From: Candidatus Omnitrophota bacterium
GTDB lineage: Bacteria; Ratteibacteria; UBA8468; B48-G9; JAFGKM01
Assembly (NCBI GenBank): GCA_023819545.1
Contig: JAMWCA010000001.1
Span: 1-52,003 of the forward strand
Length of the DNA: 52,003 nt
Reading direction: 5' to 3'
The position numbers and the translations under genes were made by a program. A model generated the notes under the pieces. The model was not told the DNA's origin, ran no database searches, and saw only the letters and a program-made list of their open reading frames with translations. Below are positions 8,084 through 16,131 of the stretch, piece by piece. Every line of letters starts with the position of its first letter. Position 1 is the stretch's first letter.

Positions 8084-9435
8084 TTTAAATCCAAAAGAAA
8101 GTCCTTTAACTCTTTATAACTATTTTCAAGAATAGTATATTTTTCTTTTTTAGAAATCAAATTTTTTAAATCTTTAGGTATTTCAGGTTCAAATCCAAGT
8201 ATTTTTTCTATTACTTCAGGGAACTTTCCAGGATGAGCAGTTTCAATAGAAATCACAGGGTAATTTAAATTTGCTTTTTCATATGCACAAATTCCAACAG
8301 CACCGTGTGGATCAAGTAAAGTTTTATATTTTAGGTAATATTTTTTAATTGTTTCAGCAACTTCTTCATCTGTAATAGAAAATGAAATAAAATCATTTTT
8401 CAAACTTTCCATGTCTGGTTTTTCTTTTAAAATTCCATATTTTATAATTTTACCATCTTTATTTCTTTCATCATAAATCCATCCACCGTATAGATCAATT
8501 AACCGAGCAAGATTGCTTGGATGTCCAACATTCATTGCATTTGAAATACATTTTTTTGGAGGAATTATAGGATTATAGATACCAGTTTTTAAAAAATTCG
8601 GGAATTCGTCATTTTCATTCACAGCAACTATAAATTTTTCAACAGGTAATCCCATCTTTTTAGCAATAACTCCTCCCATTAAATTTCCAAAATTTCCAGA
8701 TGGAACAGAAAAACAAACTTTTTCATAATTCAACCTTGAAAAAGCATAAAAATAATAGGTGCTTTGTGGTAGTAATCTTGCTATATTTATTGAATTTGCT
8801 GAAGTTAAGTTTTTCAAATCAGGGTCATTAAAAGCGATTTTAACCAAATTCTGACAATCGTCAAATTTACCTTTTAAGGCAATAGATATTATATTTTCCC
8901 CAAGTGTTGTCATTTGCTTTCTTTGTATTTCTGTTATTTCATCTTTTGGGAAAATAACAACAACTTTTATATTTTCTTTTTCATAAAAAGCATTTGCTAT
9001 CGCTCCACCAGTATCTCCTGAGGTTGCAACAAGAACTGTTAACTTTAAATTATCCTGTTTTGCATAATATTCCATAATCCCTGCCATAAATCTTGCTGCA
9101 AAATCTTTGAAAGAAAAAGTTGGACCTCTGTCTAAATATAGTAAATATAAATTTCCTTCAATTTTTGCTAAAGGAACTTCAAAATTATAAGAATTTTTAA
9201 CAATTTTAAAGAGGTCTTCTGGGTTTATATCATCTTTAAGAAATTTAGATAGGACAGTAAAGGCAATTTCGTAATATTGTTTATTTTTAAATGAATCTAT
9301 TTCATCTTTTTTTATTGAGGGTATTTCTAAAGGTATAAAAAGCCCATAATCAGAAGGTTGTCCTTTTAAAACCGCTTCTTTAAAAGTTACTAAATCCGAT
9401 TTTCTATTTGTACTTCTATATAAAATTTTTTCCAT
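8080..9435 (-). CDS. thrC: threonine synthase
   Basis: 451 aa with PLP-lysine region GPTFSFKDFAARF and overall ThrC-like layout. Confidence 0.85.
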   Translation of the reverse strand: MEKILYRSTNRKSDLVTFKEAVLKGQPSDYGLFIPLEIPSIKKDEIDSFKNKQYYEIAFTVLSKFLKDDINPEDLFKIVKNSYNFEVPLAKIEGNLYLLYLDRGPTFSFKDFAARFMAGIMEYYAKQDNLKLTVLVATSGDTGGAIANAFYEKENIKVVVIFPKDEITEIQRKQMTTLGENIISIALKGKFDDCQNLVKIAFNDPDLKNLTSANSINIARLLPQSTYYFYAFSRLNYEKVCFSVPSGNFGNLMGGVIAKKMGLPVEKFIVAVNENDEFPNFLKTGIYNPIIPPKKCISNAMNVGHPSNLARLIDLYGGWIYDERNKDGKIIKYGILKEKPDMESLKNDFISFSITDEEVAETIKKYYLKYKTLLDPHGAVGICAYEKANLNYPVISIETAHPGKFPEVIEKILGFEPEIPKDLKNLISKKEKYTILENSYKELKDFLLDLK

Positions 9436-9578
9436 GTTTTATTAAATTTACCCTTTATCTTTTAAAAAGTCAACAATAATCCCTCTTGAACCAAATCTAT
9501 TTATAAAAATGCTTTTTACCTTTTTAATTTCAACCTCTCACCCTATAGGTAAGATCTGGAGAATTTTTTGATAAGAAA

Positions 9579-9606
9579 TTGATTTTTAAATAATTTTAAG
9601 TATAAT
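9579..9606 (+). promoter_or_regulatory. sigma70-type promoter for tRNA-Leu (and probably the downstream HU gene)
   Basis: TTGATT (9579-9584), 16-nt spacer, TATAAT (9601-9606). The tRNA starts at 9616. Confidence 0.6.
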
Positions 9607-9615
9607 AAAATAAAA

Positions 9616-9701
9616 GCCGGAGTGGTGGAATTGGCAGACGCGCCGGACTCAAAATCCGGTGGAGCTCAAACTCCGTGAGGGTTCAAATCCCTCCTCCGGC
9701 A
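9616..9701 (+). tRNA. tRNA-Leu (anticodon CAA)
   Basis: 86 nt. Acceptor GCCGGAG/CTCCGGC, anticodon stem CCGGA/TCCGG with loop CTCAAAA, long variable arm, T arm GAGGG-TTCAAAT-CCCTC. Confidence 0.9.
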
Positions 9702-9719
9702 ATTTTTCAAGGATTTAAT

Positions 9720-9986
9720 ATGATAAAAAAAGATATAGTAGAAAAAATTTCAGAAGAAACAGGTTTAAATAAAACAATTGTTAAAACTGTTGTTGAAGAG
9801 TTTTTAAATCTATTGAGAAAATCTCTTGAAAATAAGGAAAGAGTTGAACTAAGAGGTTTTGGAGTTTTTTATTTTAAGGAGATGAAATCTAAAAAGGCAA
9901 GAAATTTAAAGACAGGGGAAGAAATTATTATTCCAGAGAGAATGAAAATATACTTTAAACCATCAAAGATAATTATAAAGAAATAG
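9720..9986 (+). CDS. HU/IHF-family DNA-binding protein
   Basis: 88 aa from MIKKDIVEKISEETGL..., with RGFGVF and the KTGEEIIIPER arm typical of HU/IHF. The track ORF start at 9675 lies inside tRNA-Leu, so I use the ATG at 9720, which is preceded by AAGGA. Confidence 0.85.
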   Translation: MIKKDIVEKISEETGLNKTIVKTVVEEFLNLLRKSLENKERVELRGFGVFYFKEMKSKKARNLKTGEEIIIPERMKIYFKPSKIIIKK

Positions 9987-9988
9987 AA

Positions 9989-11836
9989 CTATTTTTCCTT
10001 TATATTTAAAATTATAGGAAGTTTATCAAGATAAGAGATTTTTTTATAAAATTCTTTAAACTCTTGGTATTCATTTGGGTTTATTTCTAACTTATTTATT
10101 TCCAAAATCCTTGTGCATTTTAATCCAGAATCTATTTTCTGAAAATCTAAATAGAATTTCCCAAAATTTTGTTCTATATTTATAGAATTAGGTAATGCTT
10201 CTATTTCGGTCTTTTCTGGAAGTTTATAATTCACTATTTCTTCCTTTCTATAAATTAAATTTAATCTTAGAGGATATTTCCTTTCATCAAGAGAAACAAT
10301 TGATAAATCTGTTAATTTATCTAATAAAATTGGTTGAAAAATAATTTTATTTCCAACTTTTATTCCATAATTATTTGTTAAAAACTTATATTTTTCTATC
10401 AGTTGATTTTCTAATGATTCAAGTCCTTCTAATTCTAAATAGATCAACCTTGTCCTAGGAAGAATTGAATTTAATTCTTTGACTAATTGTCTTTCTCTTT
10501 CAACTTGTTTTAAATATCTAAATGAATTTCTTAAACTCGCTTCAAAAATTCCACAAGGCAAAATTTTAACCTCTGCTGTTAAGTTACCATCTTCATCTAT
10601 AATTGCATCAACTATCCTTTTTCTTAAATTTCTTTCTGGTTTTGAAATAGATATTTCTCTTAATTCTGGAGTTTCACTGCATATAAGGGAATATTTACCT
10701 TGTAAATAATTGGGTATATCAGGATATCTCATAACTTCTAAAGTTGGATCAAGAAATATATATGAATTATCTTTTAAAACAGCAATTATAGCATGGTTAA
10801 ATTGTCCTGGGAAAGGAATTTCTTTTTCAACTTTTCTTTCTGTATTTACAAGTGTTATAAATGATTTAATTCCTACAACTTCAAGCATTTTTCTAAGTAA
10901 ATTTGCTTTATCTTTGCAGTCACCATATTTTGCTTTTAATACCTCCTCAGGACTATGTGGTTTATATCCATGTATTCCCATTTCAAGTCCAACATATCTA
11001 ATATTTGAACATACATAGTTATAAATTGAAATAATTTTCTCTTCCTCTGTTTTTCTATCTTTGACAATTTGTTCAACAAATTTTTCAACTTCTTTTTCTT
11101 TATTTTTATCTTCTCTTATTAATTCAAAAAACCATTTTCCAATTTCTTCCCACGACGAAAATGTAGAGACATAAACTTTTGGGACAATTTCACTTAAAGG
11201 TGGCATTAAAATTTCTTCAATAATGGAAGGAACATTTTTCTTTTCCCATATATAAGTTATATAATCAAAACTTTCCTTTTTTTCTAATAATTTTATATCT
11301 TTTTCATATATTTGAAGTTTAATTTTTTTGGGAATTTTTAATTCATATCTGGAAAGAGCAAATTCTTCTGTTGATTGAAAATAAAAACCATCCCAAAAAT
11401 GTTTTTCTATTAAAGGTTTAAAAGTATAAATTATATATTTGTATTCAATGATACAGCCAATTTCAACTCCTGGAAAATTTATGCTCATTACTTTATAACC
11501 TGGGTAAAGAGAAGAATATTCTGTAAACTCTGCTGGAGTAACGATTTTTATGTCGTCAGGTTTTATTTTTATTTTCTTCCCGTTAGGCAATAATGTTTGT
11601 CCTTCAATAAATTTAATTTTTTCTCTTTCTGAATTAAAAGGAATTTGTAAATGACTAAATTTTTTCCCTTTTTCATTTCCGATTTTAATCTTTTGATGTA
11701 TAAATGTTTCTTTTGTATAATTTGGATTAACTTTGACATATGCAAAATCAATTAAATAAATATTTTCACTACAATATAGAAAAAAACAAAAAAAATAGAA
11801 AAAGAAAAAATTTATTAATTTTTGTTTATACATCAT
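9989..11836 (-). CDS. secreted transglutaminase-like cysteine protease-fold protein (DUF3857-like N-terminal domain + transglutaminase core)
   Basis: 615 aa with a signal peptide. Transglutaminase-core Cys motif KYGDCKDKANLL, with downstream HAIIAV and FLDPT consistent with the Cys-His-Asp triad. Confidence 0.7.
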   Translation of the reverse strand: MMYKQKLINFFFFYFFCFFLYCSENIYLIDFAYVKVNPNYTKETFIHQKIKIGNEKGKKFSHLQIPFNSEREKIKFIEGQTLLPNGKKIKIKPDDIKIVTPAEFTEYSSLYPGYKVMSINFPGVEIGCIIEYKYIIYTFKPLIEKHFWDGFYFQSTEEFALSRYELKIPKKIKLQIYEKDIKLLEKKESFDYITYIWEKKNVPSIIEEILMPPLSEIVPKVYVSTFSSWEEIGKWFFELIREDKNKEKEVEKFVEQIVKDRKTEEEKIISIYNYVCSNIRYVGLEMGIHGYKPHSPEEVLKAKYGDCKDKANLLRKMLEVVGIKSFITLVNTERKVEKEIPFPGQFNHAIIAVLKDNSYIFLDPTLEVMRYPDIPNYLQGKYSLICSETPELREISISKPERNLRKRIVDAIIDEDGNLTAEVKILPCGIFEASLRNSFRYLKQVERERQLVKELNSILPRTRLIYLELEGLESLENQLIEKYKFLTNNYGIKVGNKIIFQPILLDKLTDLSIVSLDERKYPLRLNLIYRKEEIVNYKLPEKTEIEALPNSINIEQNFGKFYLDFQKIDSGLKCTRILEINKLEINPNEYQEFKEFYKKISYLDKLPIILNIKEK

Positions 11837-11842
11837 TTAAAA

Positions 11843-12127
11843 TTAATTTTCTGGTAAATTTGTTTCTGGTATTGTAGTTTCAGGTATAGGTCTATATAAG
11901 TATAAGTAGTAATTAAGTTTGTTTACTGAATCTCCACCTTTTTTTCTTTGCCATAAACCGACTACATAGTAATAATAGACACCTAATCCAAAAAGTATTA
12001 AAGAAAGGATAAATATTATAATTCCTTTTTTCTTATTGATCTCATCAACCATCATAGATAAGAAAAATCCTAAAAAACTAATTCCAACTATTACAAGCGC
12101 CAACATATATCCAACTTCAAATTCCAT
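11843..12127 (-). CDS. small two-TM membrane protein, unknown function
   Basis: 94 aa with two hydrophobic helices and a Pro/Glu/Thr-rich tail (IPETTIPETNLPEN). Strong SD (AGGAGG) 5 nt upstream of the ATG. Confidence 0.6.
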   Translation of the reverse strand: MEFEVGYMLALVIVGISFLGFFLSMMVDEINKKKGIIIFILSLILFGLGVYYYYVVGLWQRKKGGDSVNKLNYYLYLYRPIPETTIPETNLPEN

Positions 12128-12152
12128 ATTTACCTCCTCTTATTTTTTTATT

Positions 12153-12740
12153 TTACTCTCCAATTTCAAATCTTACAAATCTTTTAACTTTTATATTTTC
12201 ACCTAATTTTGCAATTTTTGATTTTATATATTCTTCTATTGTCATTCCTTCATCTTTTATAAATTGCTGTTTTAAAAGAACATTTTCTTTATAAAAATCT
12301 TGTAATTTCCCCTCAATTATCTTAGTAATCACAGATTCAGGTTTGTCTTTAAATTGTTCCTTTATTTCGTCTTTTTTCTTATTTAAAATATCCTCGGGTA
12401 TAGAATTAATATCTATCCATTTTGGTTTCATTGCAGCAATTTGAAGGCATAGATTTTTTACAAGTTCTTTAAATTCGCTATTTCTTGCAACAAAATCAGA
12501 TTCACAATTTACTTCAATTAAAACTCCAACTTTTCCATTTGTATGGACATAACAACCAATTAAACCTTCTCTTGCTTCTTTATTTGTTTTTTTCTCTGAA
12601 ATTTCAATTCCTCTTTTTTTAAGTATTTCAAGTGCTTTTTCAAAATCTCCATCTGCTTCTTCAATCGCTTTTTTACATTCCATTATACTTAATCCTGTCT
12701 TTTCTCTTAAATTTTTAATTTTTTCTGCATCTATTTTCAT
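12153..12740 (-). CDS. tsf: translation elongation factor Ts (short form)
   Basis: 195 aa. N-terminal UBA-like LREKTGLSIMECKKAIEEADGDFEKALEILKKRG. Overlaps the rpsB stop. Confidence 0.9.
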   Translation of the reverse strand: MKIDAEKIKNLREKTGLSIMECKKAIEEADGDFEKALEILKKRGIEISEKKTNKEAREGLIGCYVHTNGKVGVLIEVNCESDFVARNSEFKELVKNLCLQIAAMKPKWIDINSIPEDILNKKKDEIKEQFKDKPESVITKIIEGKLQDFYKENVLLKQQFIKDEGMTIEEYIKSKIAKLGENIKVKRFVRFEIGE

Positions 12741-13486
12741 TTTTTCTCCTTTTCTTCTGTAATATTTTCAACTATCTCTTGTTTTGTTGTGTTTTGAATA
12801 TATCCTGCTTCTTGTAATCCTTCTATGATATATTCTGCAAGTTTTTGTAGAACTGTTTGAATTGACTTTAATCCGTCATCGTTTGCAGGAATTGGATAAT
12901 CAACAATTTCAGGATTTCCATTTGTGTCAACTATACCAACAATCGGGATATTCATTTTTTTGCATTCTTTAATTGCATTAATTTCTCTTTTTACATCAAC
13001 AATAATAGTTGCGGAAGGATAATCAGTCATATCTCTAATTCCTTCAAATTTCTTTTTTAAATCTTCTTTTTCTTTTTGTAATAACTGGATTTCTTTTTTT
13101 GTATAAAGATTTATTTTCCCAGAAGATTCAAGTTTTTCTATCTCTTCCAATCTTTCTATCCTTTTTCTAATTTCTTTAAAATTTGTTAAAGTCCCACCAA
13201 CCCATCTATAATTTACATAAGGCATTTTACATTTTTCTGCAGCCTCCTTTACCACTGTCTGTGCTTGTTTCTTTGTTCCAACAAACAAAATCTTTTTATT
13301 TTGTTGAGCAATTTTTTTTAGAAATTCACCACTTTCTATAATTTTTTCTATTGTTTTTTCAATATCAATTATATAAATTCCTTGTCTTTTTCCATAAAGA
13401 TATGGTCTAATTCTTGGGTCAAACTGTCTTGTTGGATGTCCAAAATAAACACCTGATTCAAGTAGTTCTTTTATTGTTATTTCCAT
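12737..13486 (-). CDS. rpsB: 30S ribosomal protein S2
   Basis: 249 aa with LLESGVYFGHPTRQFDPRIRPYLYG and the conserved rpsB-tsf gene order. Confidence 0.92.
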   Translation of the reverse strand: MEITIKELLESGVYFGHPTRQFDPRIRPYLYGKRQGIYIIDIEKTIEKIIESGEFLKKIAQQNKKILFVGTKKQAQTVVKEAAEKCKMPYVNYRWVGGTLTNFKEIRKRIERLEEIEKLESSGKINLYTKKEIQLLQKEKEDLKKKFEGIRDMTDYPSATIIVDVKREINAIKECKKMNIPIVGIVDTNGNPEIVDYPIPANDDGLKSIQTVLQKLAEYIIEGLQEAGYIQNTTKQEIVENITEEKEKK

Positions 13487-13630
13487 TTTTCTCCTTTCCT
13501 AAATTTAAAAAAATTATTATAATTTTTTTTTGAAAATTGTCAAATCAAACGTTTTGTTATATACTAATCAAAGACAAATTCTCTTTTAATATTAAAAATT
13601 ATATTACAAAAATTAAAAAAGGAAAAGAAA

Positions 13631-14083
13631 ATGAAAAAAGTAAAAGATTATATGGAAAAAGACATTGCCATTGTAAATAAAAAAACAATTTTAAGTGAAA
13701 TTCTAAAAATTTTCTCTAATTCTTACTATAATATTATACCTGTTGTTGATGAAAATGAGATTATTTGTGGGATTGTAAGTATTGAAGATATACTTGAAAA
13801 TTTAATTTTATCTAAAAAAGAAGTTGAATTACTTGAAAAATTTCCCTTTTTTGTTGATGCTTTTTCAGAAATAATTGGGACTGTTGAGTGTGTAAGTTCT
13901 CTTCTTATCGCAGAAGATGTAATGAATAAGGAAGTAATAAAAATTGATGAAAACAGTTCTGTTTTGAAAGCATTGGTTCTTATGAGAAAATATAATATAA
14001 ATTGTCTTGTTGTTGTTGATGAAAAAGGGCACCCCACAGGTTTTATTAGAAGGAATAACATTTTAAAAGCACTTGGATGTTAG
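13631..14083 (+). CDS. stand-alone CBS-pair domain protein
   Basis: 150 aa with two CBS-like repeats (IIPVVDENEIICGIVSIEDIL; CLVVVDEKGHPTGFIRRNNIL). Its 3' end overlaps the following permease gene. Confidence 0.75.
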   Translation: MKKVKDYMEKDIAIVNKKTILSEILKIFSNSYYNIIPVVDENEIICGIVSIEDILENLILSKKEVELLEKFPFFVDAFSEIIGTVECVSSLLIAEDVMNKEVIKIDENSSVLKALVLMRKYNINCLVVVDEKGHPTGFIRRNNILKALGC

Positions 14084-15389
14084 AATGGATAATAGGGCAA
14101 TAATAAGTTTAATAATTTTTGTATCTACATATTTTCTTATAGCAATTGAAAAAACACCTAAAGTATATGTTTCTATTGCAGGTGTGCTTCTTTTGGTCTT
14201 ATTTAAAATTTTTGATTTTAAAGAAATTCATAATTTTGTTGATTGGGACACAATTTCTTTCTTATTTGGCATTTTTTTAGTTGTTAAAATTATTGAAATT
14301 TCTGGATTTTTCAACTATCTTTCTTTGAAAGTTATGAAAAAATTTAATTATGATCCCTTGAAAATCTTTTTATTCTTTCCAATATTATCATGGTTTTTAT
14401 CTGGCTTTGTTGATTCAATAACAGTTTTAACTTTTCTTACCCCATTAACATATACATTGGGAAGATTAATAAAAATGGATCCTATCCCATTGATAATTGC
14501 AGAAGTTTGTCTTGCCAATATAGGTGGTTCAGGAACTTTAATGGGAGATCCACCAAATGTAATTTTGGGTTCAATGTTTAATTTGGGATTTACAAATTTT
14601 TTTCTCCATAATTATATAATATCTTTTTTTTCTGGAATTGGTGCATTATTTGTCTTTTATTTAAAAGAGAAAAATAAACTTCTTAAAATCAAGGAAAATA
14701 TAGATAAAAAAATTTTTGAAAGAATTATTCCCGAAGAAGCAATTGAGGATATATTATTAGCAAAGTATGGAATTTTAGGTCTTTTAAGTGTAGTTTTTCT
14801 TTTAATTTTTAGGGACTTTATAAAAAAAATTTTCCCTCTAAGTATAGGAATTTGCAGTTTACTTCCTTCTTTTTTTATCCTTTTTCAAAAAGGTTCCCAT
14901 GTAAAACTCAAAAATTTATTTAGAGAGATAGACATTGAAACACTTTTATTTTTTGTTTCTCTTTTTGTTATTGTAGGTTCTCTTGAAAAAACGGAAATAA
15001 TAAAAAAAATTTCTTTCTCCTTAATAGGAAAATTTGAAAATGGTTTTGAAATGACTACTCTTTTGTTTTGGTTTTCTGCTTTAACAAGTGCTTTTATAGA
15101 TAATGTTCCAGAAGCAATGAGTATTGGATATTTAATAAAACATATCTCTCATCAAATTCCATATCACTTCACAATATTAATTTGGAGTTCAAGTTTAGGT
15201 CTTGATATGGGAGGAAATTTTACACCAATTGGAGCAAGTGCAAATGTTGTTGCTTATGGATTTTTAGAATCTCAAGGTCTAAAAATTGGATGGAAAAGAT
15301 GGATTAAATTAATGTTTTTACCAAATCTTATTGCAGTTTCTATATCTTATATTCTTGTAATCCTAAAATTTGTAATTGGTTTTTATTGA
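14073..15389 (+). CDS. ArsB/NhaD-superfamily (CitMHS/YbiR-like) anion/ion permease
   Basis: 438 aa polytopic membrane protein whose layout is typical of the ArsB_NhaD permease superfamily. The start could instead be the ATG at 14085. Confidence 0.65.
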   Translation: MDVRMDNRAIISLIIFVSTYFLIAIEKTPKVYVSIAGVLLLVLFKIFDFKEIHNFVDWDTISFLFGIFLVVKIIEISGFFNYLSLKVMKKFNYDPLKIFLFFPILSWFLSGFVDSITVLTFLTPLTYTLGRLIKMDPIPLIIAEVCLANIGGSGTLMGDPPNVILGSMFNLGFTNFFLHNYIISFFSGIGALFVFYLKEKNKLLKIKENIDKKIFERIIPEEAIEDILLAKYGILGLLSVVFLLIFRDFIKKIFPLSIGICSLLPSFFILFQKGSHVKLKNLFREIDIETLLFFVSLFVIVGSLEKTEIIKKISFSLIGKFENGFEMTTLLFWFSALTSAFIDNVPEAMSIGYLIKHISHQIPYHFTILIWSSSLGLDMGGNFTPIGASANVVAYGFLESQGLKIGWKRWIKLMFLPNLIAVSISYILVILKFVIGFY

Positions 15390-16131
15390 TTTTGTCATTA
15401 TTTATTAAATCTATTAATTCTATATCTCCCCACAAAAAAATTTCTTTTTCTTTTATAATTACAATTCCTTCAATAAATACAAAATTTTTTAATTCAGAAA
15501 TAATAAGTTCTTTATCAATTCTATCTTTTACTAAGTTTCCGAAATAAGTTGCTGCACCATCTGAAAAAGAGGCAGAAGAAGAAACAACAGTAACAGCATC
15601 TGCTTTCCCAAAACTGATTGAGTGACCAACTGTCCCACTTGAGGTTGCTACTCCATATGGAATTTCTCTTTTTTTTAATTTTATTCCTATTTTCATTGAA
15701 AAAGGAGACCCTCCAGCATAAATGCCAACTATAAAATTACTATTCATTTTAGCAAAAATATCTCCACCATTTTCAATAATTATCTCATCTGATAGAGAAA
15801 GAAATTTTTTTCCTATTATTTCAGATATTGCACCAGCAACAGAAGCCATTGGACCTGTTTTAGTCATAAAAGAACTCTCAGACATTAGTTTTATAATTTC
15901 TTGATCACTTTCTGCAAAGACAGGAGTAAAAGAAAGAAGAAATTCAGGATGATGTTCTATATAATCTTTTAAAATTTCTCTTTGTCTAATAACCTCTTCT
16001 TTAATTTCTTTTTTAAGATTTTTTTTTGCAATAACTAAAAGGTCTGTTTGTTCAACTTTAACTTCAAATTTATAAAAATTTCTCTTTTGGATTAAACTTC
16101 TATAAAACCTTTTTTTTATTTTTTCGTTCAT
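15340..16131 (-). CDS. UPF0280 family protein (ApbE-like superfamily, COG2122-type)
   Basis: 263 aa. GPMASVAGAISE, IIENGGDIF and SSGTVGHSISFGKADAV match my recollection of UPF0280/ApbE-like proteins. Start overlaps the stop of the upstream PP-loop gene. Confidence 0.7.
   Translation of the reverse strand: MNEKIKKRFYRSLIQKRNFYKFEVKVEQTDLLVIAKKNLKKEIKEEVIRQREILKDYIEHHPEFLLSFTPVFAESDQEIIKLMSESSFMTKTGPMASVAGAISEIIGKKFLSLSDEIIIENGGDIFAKMNSNFIVGIYAGGSPFSMKIGIKLKKREIPYGVATSSGTVGHSISFGKADAVTVVSSSASFSDGAATYFGNLVKDRIDKELIISELKNFVFIEGIVIIKEKEIFLWGDIELIDLINNDKINKNQLQILGLQEYKI

Noticed and set aside
9675-9719. N-terminal extension of the HU ORF (MRVQIPPPAIFQGFN...)
   Set aside because: These codons overlap the 3' half of tRNA-Leu (9616-9701). 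The conserved HU sequence starts at the ATG at 9720, which has an SD.
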